Source of the DNA: Malacoraja senta
Taxonomy: Eukaryota
NCBI GenBank assembly: GCA_038087875.1
Contig: CM075981.1
Span: 1,488,001-1,552,000, forward strand
Reading direction: 5' to 3'
Length of the DNA: 64,000 nt
Shown here: positions 24,301 to 34,863 of the stretch, piece after piece
Numbering within the stretch: the first letter of the stretch is position 1
How the letters are laid out: each line of letters begins with the position of its first letter
Program-made: the position numbers and the translations under genes
Notes under the pieces: generated by a model
Databases searched by the model: none
Told to the model about the DNA's origin: nothing
Seen by the model: only the letters and a program-made list of their open reading frames with translations

Positions 24301-27300
24301 CAAGACATTACCTTCCAATTGCAACAGGCTCCGTGTTCAATGCATCATTAGTCACCATTCACACCCACATTGGCTGGGAAGCGCTTTGGAACGATGTGCA
24401 GATGGTGAGGGACGGTGTACAGTATCTGTCTCTCATCGCAATCTAGGTGGAATTCAACAGAGTTAAGAAAATCATTGGGCGGACTCCCCTGTATATATTG
24501 ATGTATACTATAATGTATATGTTTGTGAAAGACTAATTTTGCTCTTCAATCTATGAAAGAATTTCCTTCAGTTTCAGGTGCACTGTGGGCAGAGAGCGAA
24601 GTACGAGGGGTTGTGGGAAGAGCGATCTCAATCGATTGTCACTATGCAGCAGTGTACCGCTCACACACAAAATGCTGGTGCCCTGGGACAAGTCGCCAAT
24701 GTACACATATAGTGGAAACAAATGGGAAACATGGACAGAGCGGAAGAGTGTCAATCACAGATAACCCGGCACGAGGAATATTTACTGTGACTGTGGAGGA
24801 TCTTCACTCTGGAGTTACAGGATGGTACAGATGTGGAATTATTACACCTGGCGAACCAACATTTAAAGTACATCTCCAAGTATCTGAAGGTAGGTTTCTC
24901 AGTGAGTGACTTCATGTCTCGACTTTGGCATCTGCATAAAACATTTGTTGGGTCACATATGGGAGCCTGGTGCACAGTTCTGGTCGCCGCTTTATAAAAC
25001 AAAAGATGTGAAAGGTTTGGAGAGGTTACAGAAAAATGTCACCGGGATATTTAGTTGTAGTTTACAAATGCAACATGGAAACGGATCCTTCGGCCCACCG
25101 AGTCCACACCGACTAGCGATCACCGGTCACACTAGTTCTATGTTATTCCACTTTCCCATTCGCTCCCTACACACAATTCTACAATACCGCCATTCACACA
25201 CCTCATTAGTGCAACATTATCACTATCAACAATTGTATACAAGGAAATTTAAAAGTTGTTGATAATGATACTGTTGCACTAATGAAGTGTTTGAATGTTG
25301 GTATTGTAGAATTGTGGCAGAGTTTCAGATTAAAAGAAGATTAACTGCAGATGCTGGAAATATAAAACAAAGACAGATGGTGCTGCTGTGTATTGGTGCA
25401 GTGGCAGACATGGTAGTTCTGCCAGCTGGGTGGATGGAGAGACACAGAGATGTTCAAATCTGTTAAATTGTGAGGAGAAGGTACAGGGAAGACTTACAAG
25501 GATGTTGCGAGGGATTGAGCAGATTAGGACTTTATTTCTTGGAGCACAAGAGGATGAGGGATGATCTTATGGCAGGTAAAAAATAATGCGAGGAATAGAT
25601 CGAGTTAATACACAGCCTTTTGCTCAGAGTAGGGGAATCGAGAACCGGAGGACATGGTTTTAATATGAGGGGGGAATGATTTAACAGGAACCTGGGGAGT
25701 AACGGTTTTACACAATGGTTGGTAGGCACATGAAACGAACTGCCGACAGAAGTAGTTATGGCAGGTACTATCGTAACATTTAATAAAATATTGGACATGT
25801 ACATGAATATGATATGTTTAGTGGGTTAAGGGCCAAGAAAGGGCAGGTGGAACTAGTGTAGATTGGGCGTGTTGGTCAGCGAGGGCAAGTTAGACCGAAG
25901 GGCCGGTTTCTATGCTGTATGACTCTATGATTCTATGTAGATGGATGGGTCAGATTCCAAAATGGCGGCTCTGGCTAAGATACATGGTGGATATTGGCGA
26001 GTGTTTGATTTTCAGATGTTCACTCAGTTGTCTGACTGTTTGCTCCTTTCCCACAGACCCCGTGTCTGTTCCTGTGCTTGGCTTTCTGTCACCAGCCAAT
26101 GTCTCCTGTCTCGGGGGCTCAGTGACAGTGTCCTGTGAGTCGGTCAGTGGATCCCTTCCCATTAGCTACACATGGTATGAAAAGACCCCATCTGTGGATT
26201 CAAAGATCTCAGACCAAAATGCCCTGGATCTGCATTGTCAATCATTCAAACACCAGCACCATCAATATTATTGCACAGCCTCCAATAATAATGGAACAAA
26301 ATCCAGTGAAATGGTCAATGTGTCCATCTCCAGCAGTGACGTGCCCTGCAGTTTTCTAGTGAAAATCAACGGCACTGGTAAGTAGTGGGGGGAATGAGGA
26401 GAAGAAGGGGAAGTGCGGGTGGGGGTTTCATCAGATTACAAGTGATAGAAGCAGAAATAGACCATTCAATCATGGCTGATCTATCTTCCCCATTCTCCTG
26501 CTTTCTCCTCATAACGTCCGTCACCCTGAAATCCCTGCACGTTATTTAATTAATTTATCAAGATTAATATATGGAATTATGGCTCATTTGTCAGTACTTG
26601 GTTGTTGGGCTCCAGAAATAGAATTCCTAGTGCTGGTGTAGGCTAACATCCTGTATAGAATTGTCTCTTCCATTTACACAGCTTTAAACTAGGTTTGCAG
26701 TGACATCAGTCCATGCACATTCACTTTCCCACCACATGATCCACACACAGATATGGTAAGGGATCAGACATTATCAGTAAATGTGGCCACAGTTAAATCC
26801 TTGACGACGGTATCCCATTTACCAGCACCTCGTCCATTGCAGCAATTCAGGTACCTCCACCTTCTGGGTTTAAAAATATGTCTTGATACCCTTGAAACAT
26901 CCTGCTCCTTAACTTAACCATGTGTTCTCCACATTTACACATATCTGTCGTGCAACATTTCCCAAAAATCCACTGTCTATGCAGCTCAGAGTTTTTGCAC
27001 ACCTGTAATTGGTTTCCCCTTCCTCACCTGGGGGAGGCGGACAGGAGCACTTGGAGAAAACCCACACGGTCACAGGGAGGTGGTAAAAATTCCGTACATC
27101 CGTAGTCAGGATCGAACCCGGGTCTCTGGCGTTGTAAGGCAGCAACTCTACCGCTGCGCTACTGTGCCGTCGACACCTGGCGCCAGAGTTGTTACCAGCC
27201 CGCCTGCTTGTCGTAACATCTCCCATTTACTCAACTCACACTGAAGAAACATTATCCTGTCTGTTAAGCCTATCAACTACTTACATCGGAAAACCATACT

Positions 27301-30300
27301 CCTTTGTTCAACTGCAAGTGAAAAGCAGTGAAACTGACTTTTATTTCCTTGTTCCAACAGGTCATGAATATTCTTGTGAAAATTCGATAACATCCAATTA
27401 CTCTGCAAGGTAAACCACTTTATTTCCAATGGAAGTTACAATATAGTAATTGCTGGTGTTTTGGTTGGGAATGCTTTATTTGGGAGAAATTTGTGCCTGC
27501 CTTTCACTGGCATTAAATGCCCTGAGAGTATTGATCTGAATGCACAGTGGCACAGCCGATAGAATCACAGCCTCACAACACCACGACCCTGGTTCATTAG
27601 GTGCTGTCTGTGCGTGGTCTGCATGTTTTGCCTTTTATTGTGTTGGTTTCATTTAAGTGCTCCAGTTTCCTCCCAGCTCCCAAAGATGTGCCAGTTGTAA
27701 ATTGCCCCGTGTGTACAGGACAGCGGTTGAATCTGTGGATAGGGGATGGGGCGGGGAGGGAGGGAGGGTGTTGGACGGTAGTGCTAGTTGATGAGGAAGT
27801 GGGGAAAATAAAAATGGGATTGACAGAGGATCCGTGTGAATGTAGTTGACTGTCGGCACAGACCAGAAGGGCCAAATGGCCTGTTTCAATACTGTGTTTC
27901 TCCATGGGTCTTTGATCCAATGAAACCAAATATCGAAGCATAATCAAATTTTGTACGTCCAGCCATGATCACATTGAATGGCGGTGCTGGCTCAAAGGGC
28001 CGAATGGCCTACCCCTGCACCTCTTGTCTATTGTCTATTGTCTATTGTTTCAAGCCTGACACCAAATATAAATGTATCTCTTAAATATTCGTTAATAATA
28101 TGTATATAACTTGCAAACCAATTATTAGTTAACTCTTCAGAAGGGGAATTACACTGGGTTTACATCTCATTGTGTTGTGTACATGCTTGGATGATAAGAA
28201 CAAGTTCTTCCATTTGCTGCTTTTCAGAGAGCGCTTCCTGCAGTATTCACCATGACTTCTCCTTCACTAACCTCATCCCATGCTGTGAGATGAATATAGT
28301 TGCCAAACCCAAGTCTTGCAGTTTAGCTTGGTTGACACTTGCTCTGGTGTGGTGCTGATAGGTAAATGCATTATGAATTATGGGCTAAGACACCCCCCCT
28401 TGATATCACTTATGGCAACACCTTGCCATTGATGGGGTCACGCACCAACAATTCGCTGGCGCAGAATGTGAGAAAAGTCTTGAATCAGACCGAAAACAGC
28501 GAACTGAGTTAACTCAATCAATCAATCAATCAATCAACCGTTATTGTCATTTTAAACATTTCACACATAAATAAAAACAATAAAAACACTCCAAAATAAT
28601 AATAATCAATAAATAAATATATAAATAAAACAATCCAGTCCCTGATAAAAACAATACGAATAGCTAAAAAGTGCAGGTAAAAAAACAGCAACATTAAAAT
28701 ACAAGTAAACACATTCATAAATAACTGACGCTCCCTTACACATTGAACCTTGAAAACATTGTTTTTTTAAATTATCCCTGAATATTCCATCATAATACAG
28801 TCATGAAAGTGGGAACACTTTGTTATTTATCTTGTTACAATTGAAATAGGTCTGGCTTTCTATCACACTCTTGCGATAGGAAATAAGAATATTAATAAAA
28901 CGCACGCCGCTATTAGCGAACCTTTAACCGATTTTTCGAACACACACCATCCACACACCTACCGCGTTAATCCAAGTAATATCGAGGGGGCGAGATTAAG
29001 CATTAACATTTTTAATTTATTTTATTACTTGGCCTCATCCGTTTCCATATTTATTGTCCCACCTCCCTTCCACCATTAGAATTGATCCCTTTTAATTAAT
29101 CTATCCATATGGATTTTATTATAATCTTCCTTGCAGCTGCATTTTCTTTCTTCCAGGGTATTACACTGTTCTTTGTATCTTTCACACATCCACAGTGTTC
29201 CCTTTCCCGTGACTCCCAGTCTGAAGAAGGGTCTCGACCCGAAACGTCACACATGGGGTCATGCAGCAAAGATTCGGTGGCGCAGAAAGTGAGAAACCAG
29301 CCTTGAATTCAACCGAATACACCGAACTGTCTTAACTGACGCTCCCTTACACATTGAACCTTGAAACCTCTCCCGCTGTGTTTCGCCAGCATTGTGTGTC
29401 ACTGAATTCACTGCTCCATCTGCTGACTTATTTCTCTGTCTTCTCCGAATCCATTTAACCGTCTAATCTCTGATACCCAGTATTGTAGATATGCTCCAGC
29501 AAAGAGGTCAGTAATTGGTGATCATAGGTTGTCCCCCCCCCCCCCAGTCCAACACCCGTTCTTTCTCCAAGATGATCTCCATTGGCTCTGCTGCTTCGCC
29601 CCGCTCCACTTCACTAAGATTATGAAGCAAATAACAGGTAAATGTTTCAAAGATAAATCGTCACGTTTCCTCCCATTGATTCTGTATCTCTTGCCCTTTG
29701 CCCAGTTACATCTCATGGAATGTGGGGCGCTGGTTGTTCTTTCTCCTGCTTGTGCTCTGGAGTATCTCAACCGCGGTGTTCACAAGAGGCTGTAAGGTAG
29801 GTTTTATTATCATCATGTTCATAAATTATAGGAGCAGAATTGGTCCATTCAGCCCATTATATATAATCCGCCCCCAATCACGACTATTCTAGCCTTCGCT
29901 CCCGATCCATCCTCCTGCCTTCACCCTATAACCCTTGACATCCTTATTTATGAGGAATATGAAAATCTCCGGCTTAAAAATATCAATTGATTTGGATAGG
30001 TACAAAAATACTGGAGTAACTCAGCGGGACAGGCAGTATCTCCGGAGTGGATTGATATGGCCTCCACAGCCTCCTATGGTAATGAAATCCATTGATTCAC
30101 CACCCTCTGCCCAAAACAATCCATTCTCTTCGCCGAATGTATCCAAACGGTTTCCATTAATGCTTTCAAATATCCTGTCCATTGATATAAACAAAAGTCG
30201 TGCACGTTTTCATAACCTGAAGTTAAACCAAATCACTATGTAGATGATATCATGTGGTTTTGTCAGGTTGTACGTGTGCTGGGTGGATTTCTGTGCGCGG

Positions 30301-30462
30301 TGTGGATTCGTTGGGGTCCATCTTCCAGACAGCCATGTGTTGGGGGTGGTCGGGTCAAATAAAGCGTGGTTCCCACTGTCAGTGAGTCTGATGACTTCAC
30401 ATTGTCTTTTGCAGAGACGCGATGAATCAGAACCTCGCCACTCGACACACGAATTAGAATGA
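12271..30462 (+). CDS. Gene 2 (complete): MDIR/CD300-pIgR-like receptor L-V-V-V-C2-V-C2-stalk-TM(Arg)-short tail, about 711 aa, activating-type
   Basis: join(12271..12307,14611..14931,17119..17433,20175..20489,22547..22867,24572..24889,26057..26377,27361..27409,29706..29796,30415..30462) = 2136 nt, open and divisible by 3. Family assignment rests on the 4-Cys V-domain signature and the known skate MDIR architecture of up to six Ig domains. Confidence 0.85.
13228..13475 (+). mobile_element. Tx1/L1-like LINE 3' fragment with 13-bp target duplication
   Basis: AAACACGGGTCCG at 13215-13227 and 13476-13488. Reads ..GDFRDIWAPPGVEYILDK.. then an A-rich tail. Empty site upstream of V2 (16690) and V3 (19762). 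Copy at 35793-36039. Confidence 0.7.
13839..14547 (+). mobile_element. L1-clade LINE 3' fragment with AATAAA, poly-A and ~15-bp target duplication
   Basis: ORF 13780-14184 (LILKFWKGPTAPTIKMWIIEM..TWSPFIDYL). CAAAATGTATCAATT at 13824-13838 and 14548-14562. Confidence 0.8.
14611..14931 (+). CDS. Gene 2 V1 exon (alternative acceptor 14617)
   Basis: Encodes ITIDCHY..KYWCRGRSRSC..DTGWYSCG. Acceptor ctcag|tttcag|gt, donor GACG|GTATGT. Confidence 0.92.
15255..16110 (+). mobile_element. CR1 LINE 3' fragment (RT C-terminus)
   Basis: Encodes WADAWQMKFNVDKCE..VRPHLDYCLQF..FTQRVVNLWN, with a (tatc/tatg)n tail. Ortholog at 37810-38610. Confidence 0.85.
16705..16950 (-). mobile_element. Ancient Deu-domain (SacSINE1-like) SINE remnant upstream of V exons
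   Basis: Reverse complement reads gggttcacttcctactcca..gcagtgcggtactgagggagcgc..gctatttc..gccaacattcatctctcaaccgac, resembling the Deu-SINE consensus as recalled. Paralogs at ~13495-13720, 19775-20005, 36060-36285 and 42690-42930. Confidence 0.55.
17119..17433 (+). CDS. Gene 2 V2 exon
   Basis: Acceptor aattcag|CT, donor GACG|GTACGT. Encodes KYWCRVQNRQC..DTGWYRC. Phase 1-1. Confidence 0.92.
17636..18887 (-). mobile_element. CR1 LINE 3' fragment, reverse strand
   Basis: Encodes KFADDTKL, LERPHLEYCVQFWSP. (catagaaa)n tail at ~17636-17655. Confidence 0.88.
20175..20489 (+). CDS. Gene 2 V3 exon
   Basis: Acceptor ccctttcag|CT, donor GACG|GTACGT. Encodes KYWCRGQSRQC..DTGWYSC. Confidence 0.92.
22547..22867 (+). 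CDS. Gene 2 C2A exon
   Basis: Acceptor cccacag|AA, donor GCAG|GTGAGT. 321 nt, phase 1-1. Confidence 0.92.
23236..23691 (+). mobile_element. Copy of the Penelope-like insertion in gene 2
   Basis: Offset-22573 copy of 663-1118. Confidence 0.85.
24572..24889 (+). CDS. Gene 2 V4 exon (alternative acceptor 24578)
   Basis: Translation identical to gene 1 V4, at offset 22573. Confidence 0.92.
26057..26377 (+). CDS. Gene 2 C2B exon
   Basis: Same as gene 1 C2B except I>T (EKIP vs EKTP). Splice sites intact. Confidence 0.92.
27361..27409 (+). CDS. Gene 2 stalk exon
   Basis: ccaacag|GT...AAG|GTAAAC, phase 1-2. Confidence 0.8.
29706..29796 (+). CDS. Gene 2 TM exon with Arg
   Basis: Copy of 7150-7240 at offset 22556. 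Confidence 0.82.
30415..30462 (+). CDS. Gene 2 terminal cytoplasmic exon
   Basis: Copy of 7859-7906. Confidence 0.7.
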   Translation, partial: RRDESEPRHSTHELE

Positions 30463-30845
30463 AGACTCCTAGCTTGCACCAACAGTGAGGGAATTCTGCA
30501 CCGCGATGAAATATTTATGCATCATCCTGCTTTGTCAACTGATACCAATTGGACGAATATATGTATCTTGCAATTCAACGAACGGTTTCATGAAAGTGAC
30601 TTCAAAGCAATGTTCCAAACTTTCCAAACCATATCTGTTTCCAAAACTCATTTACCGCACTGGTCTTAATGTTTGTCACCTCTTCCAAGGTTTCTTTCAT
30701 CACCTTCGAACTATTGTTTTAACCTCTGCGTGGTTTCTGCTGCTCAAAAGTCTTATACCCTGTTAAAATATATTATATGCATTCAACTTCCTGGAAAAAA
30801 ATGTTTTCGCTGACAAATGAATAATTATGCATCAGGATGCTTCTT

Positions 30846-30868
30846 AATAAATTTTTGTTGTCAATAAA
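30846..30868 (+). terminator. AATAAA polyadenylation signals of gene 2
   Basis: AATAAA at 30846-30851 and 30863-30868. Confidence 0.55.
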
Positions 30869-33800
30869 TGGTTTGTTTAATTTGTTTTGTTTAGACTGTA
30901 AATTTAGTGTTGAAGAACAGACTGAAATCAGATTGCTGGAGATTTCTCCTGTTGCCAAACGTTAAAGGCGTTAAGGAATGGCAATGATTAATCTTTCAGA
31001 CCATGCTATCCCATCAGAACAAAACTCCAGATGCTGGTTTAAACTGAAGATAGACATAAATTGCTGGGGTAACTCAGAGTGACAGGCGGCATCTGTGGAT
31101 ATATGAGGTAAGTTTAGGCGGACTCAGCGGCGGTATTCAACGAATTGATCGCCGATCCTGCGCTTGTTCTCGCTTCTCGGCGATCGCTTCGCTGAACAGC
31201 TCCGCTCAGTCGGCCTAAACCTACCTGACATCCCGGTCAATAGACAATAGACAATAGACAATAGGTGCAGGAGTAGGCCATTTGGCCCTTCGAGCCAGCA
31301 CCTCCATTCAATGTGATCATGGCTGATCATCCCCAATCAGTACCCCGTTCCAGCCTTCTCCCTATATCCCCTGACTCCGCAATTTTTAAAAGCCCTATCT
31401 ATCTCTCTCTTGAAAGCATCCAGAGAACCTGCCTCCACCGCCCTCTGAGGCATAGAATTCCACAGACTCACCACTCTCTGTGAGAAAAAGTGTTTCCTCG
31501 TCTCCGTTCTAAATGGCTTACTCCTTATTCTTAAACTATCGCTCCTGGTTCTGAACTCCCCGAATATCGGGAACACGTTTCGCTAAACAGTTTAACTCCC
31601 CCTCCCATTCCCACACTGACATTTCTATCCTGGGCATCCTCCATTGTCAGAGTGAGTCCCAGCGCAAATGGGAGGAACAGCACCTGATATTTCGCTAGGG
31701 CAGCTTACACCCCAGCGGTGTGAACATTGACTTCTCTAACTTCAAGTAACCCTTGCTTTCCCTCTCAATCCAGCCCCCCAATTACCAGCTCTCCGATCAG
31801 TCTGACAGTCTCCGACTACATTTTACCTCTCATTGCTTTGTTGTTATCTTCTCCCAGCTAACAATGATCTATTCTACATTTTCCTTGAGCTTCACCCCCT
31901 TTGTCCCGTTTTCACACCTTACAATTCCTAATCTAATTATCTCCACCTCCCTTGACTTCAGTCTGAATAAGGGTCTCGATCCGAAACGTCACCCATTCCT
32001 TTCATCCATAGATGCTACCTGTCCCAATGAGATACTCCAGCATGTTGTACAACAATATTTTTTTGATTAAATGATTGAAAGAAACAGCATGGATACTGAC
32101 CATTTGGCCCACTGAGTCCACGTCAACCAGCAATCAACCCTTTCACAGTAATGTTGATAAACATTTTATTGCTGCAACGAGTTATTCATTTTGTCCACCG
32201 TACAAAAGAGTTAATGGACTATAAATAATGGCCAAGGTGGCGCAACGGTAGAGTTGCTGCCTTACAACGCTTGCAGTGCGGGAGACCCAGGTTCGATCCC
32301 GACTACGGGAGCTGTGTGTACGGAGTTTTTACGTTCCACCGTGACCGCGTGATATTTCTCACAGATCTTCGATTTCCTCCCACACTACAAAGACGTACAG
32401 GTATGTAGGTTAATTGGCTTGCTATAAATGTAAATTGTCCACAGTGTGTGTGGGATAGCGTTATTGTGCGGGGATCGCTGGTCAGTGTGGACTCGGTGGG
32501 CCGAAGGGCCTGTTTCCGCGCTGTATCTCCAAACTAAACTAAACTAAACTAAATTAGTGGAAAGTCTATTCTTGTGCCGAACAAAATGGTTGAGTTGCAG
32601 CTTGCAAAGCCCGGGGTGTGAAACTGCAAATACATTGTGTTGCTTTCTTCAGTCTGACTTGTGACTGTAACCCCGCCCATGAAAGAACTGTGAAGGATGT
32701 TGTTTGAATATAAGAAATGGTGACCTGCAAAAACGGAGTAACCACCATAAAGTTCCGAAAGAGTCAAGGATTGCTTTGGGTAAAATGTCCCACTTACAAA
32801 GATAAATATTATCCACACAGTAAGCAGGGAGACGAGGAAATGAGACCAGAGGCTGCTTTGAACTCATAAACCCCCATGTTAGGGATATCCGAGGAGTGCT
32901 GAATAGCCAGAGATACTTGCAGATTCTGTGGTCACATTGATGCTGCCTGGCCCCTTTCAACTCGAGCTTGTTGATGGTCTAATGGGAGGAATGAACTTGA
33001 ATTGGATCTTACCCCACTGCTAGACATCCCAAAGTGCCTCATAGATAGTGAGAGGTAAACAGTCTGAGATGCGACAGATAGACACAAAATACTGGAACAA
33101 CTCAGCGGGATAGGCAGCATCACAGCAGGGAAAGAACGGGTGACATTTCGGGTCGATGCCACTATTGTGTTTAGTGATGGGTACTGGCTTGCAATGTACT
33201 TTAATCTAATATGTTCAAACAGTCATTTATTTCTTTACACTGATTTGTTCTGCAGTGCTGACACTTTGCTCGCGCTGCTGAAAAAAAGGGTGTGTAGATT
33301 CGTAACTCTGAACAGCATCTTGCGAGCAGCTCGCTGTAAAACTGTTTGTTGAGAAGTGTTTGCAGTAGTCATGGGTCAAAGGCGAATGTAGACAGAATTC
33401 AATTGTTCTGCTGCATCGTCCGTTCCTCTCTGCAGTGTTTTTAGGGGGGCAAGTATGCAGGAAATAGCTCCTAACAAAAGATCCTTTACTGAGGGTCGCC
33501 AACGCTCAGCTAACACCAGTGGCGGACTCATCAGTGTGTTACACCCATACTACGTGATACACAACATTGCCACAGATGTACACAACCAGAATAAACGACA
33601 CTGTTCCACTAAAAGTGACACACCAGAACGATAGACGGCAGCAGATATTAGGTTATATTATAATGCAACTAGTTGCCTACAGAATGAATTCGTTGCAAGC
33701 AGATGTACAAAATCAGCCAATGGAATGTACACGAACACAACCCTGATAATGTATTCGCTCTGCATTGTAAAGAAGACAAGTTAATAATTCAATTCGCCGT

Positions 33801-34826
33801 GCATATTCTACCTTGCTTTAACTTCACTTAGTGTATCACTTCGCCCTTGTTGAGTTACATTACACATGTCAGTTACATTCCACATCCCGCTTTCCCAGCT
33901 GATCTCCATCCTGTGGTAATTCTAGACAAACTTCTTCACAGTCCTCCAGACCGTTAATTTTCTATTTTCAAAATGTGAATACCATGACAATAGTGTTTCA
34001 AATTTGAATTGAAGAGTTGAAGCAGAGAGGAGAGGGTCAAACTCCAATTAACCTCAGCTGATTTCAGATGAAAATCCCCTACTTCCTAACGCCAGCTTCC
34101 TGTTTTGCCCCTTGTCAACAGTAATAAGCAAAAACAAAAGTTCCAATTATTATATTTTTGATCTGCCGGTCCACTTACAAAATCATCAAGAGGGAATGAT
34201 CGGGAAGTGTACACATCTTAGGCGTTTCTACAATTCTAAATCGTCATATTTTATCCAATGTATCATTGTTTACATGAAGGGGCCCGACCCGAAACGTCAC
34301 CTAACCATTTTCTCCAGAGGTGCTGCCTGGCCCGCAGAGTTCCTTATGAATTTTTTTGTCTATCATTATTTCCACCACTTTTCAGTGTTAACAGACTCTG
34401 AGTACAGAGATAATCGCCGCTGCATCCTAACGGATACATCACACTTGACGAAGTGGTTGAAGCAGCTGCAATAACAACATGTAACGAGCACTTGGACAGT
34501 TCCACGTATGGGGAAGGTTTGGGGAGTTTCGGGTTGAACGTGGGAAAATCTGACTAACTTAGATGAGCACATTGGTCTAACGCGTTGGGGAGAAGGGCCT
34601 GTTTCCGTGACGTATGACTGTGATCATCCGACCCAACCATTTGTTAAATATAACCCTGATCCTTTCACACTGTAACGTGTCGAGCTGCTGCTGGCTCGCT
34701 GTGGTTCACGATCTGAAGTCCTGTTCCCTTCTTCGTCGTTGCTATTCGAGAGATGCGGTTGTATCTGAGAGCTACGAGCTGAGCGACAGACTGACAAGTA
34801 CTGACCTCGTCACTGTGGATAAAACA

Positions 34827-34863
34827 ATGTGGATTCCCATTCTTCTCATCTCCTCGCTGCCGG
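34827..34863 (+). CDS. Gene 3 leader exon (MWIPILLISSLP)
   Basis: Identical to the gene 2 leader. Donor G|GTGAGT. Confidence 0.88.
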
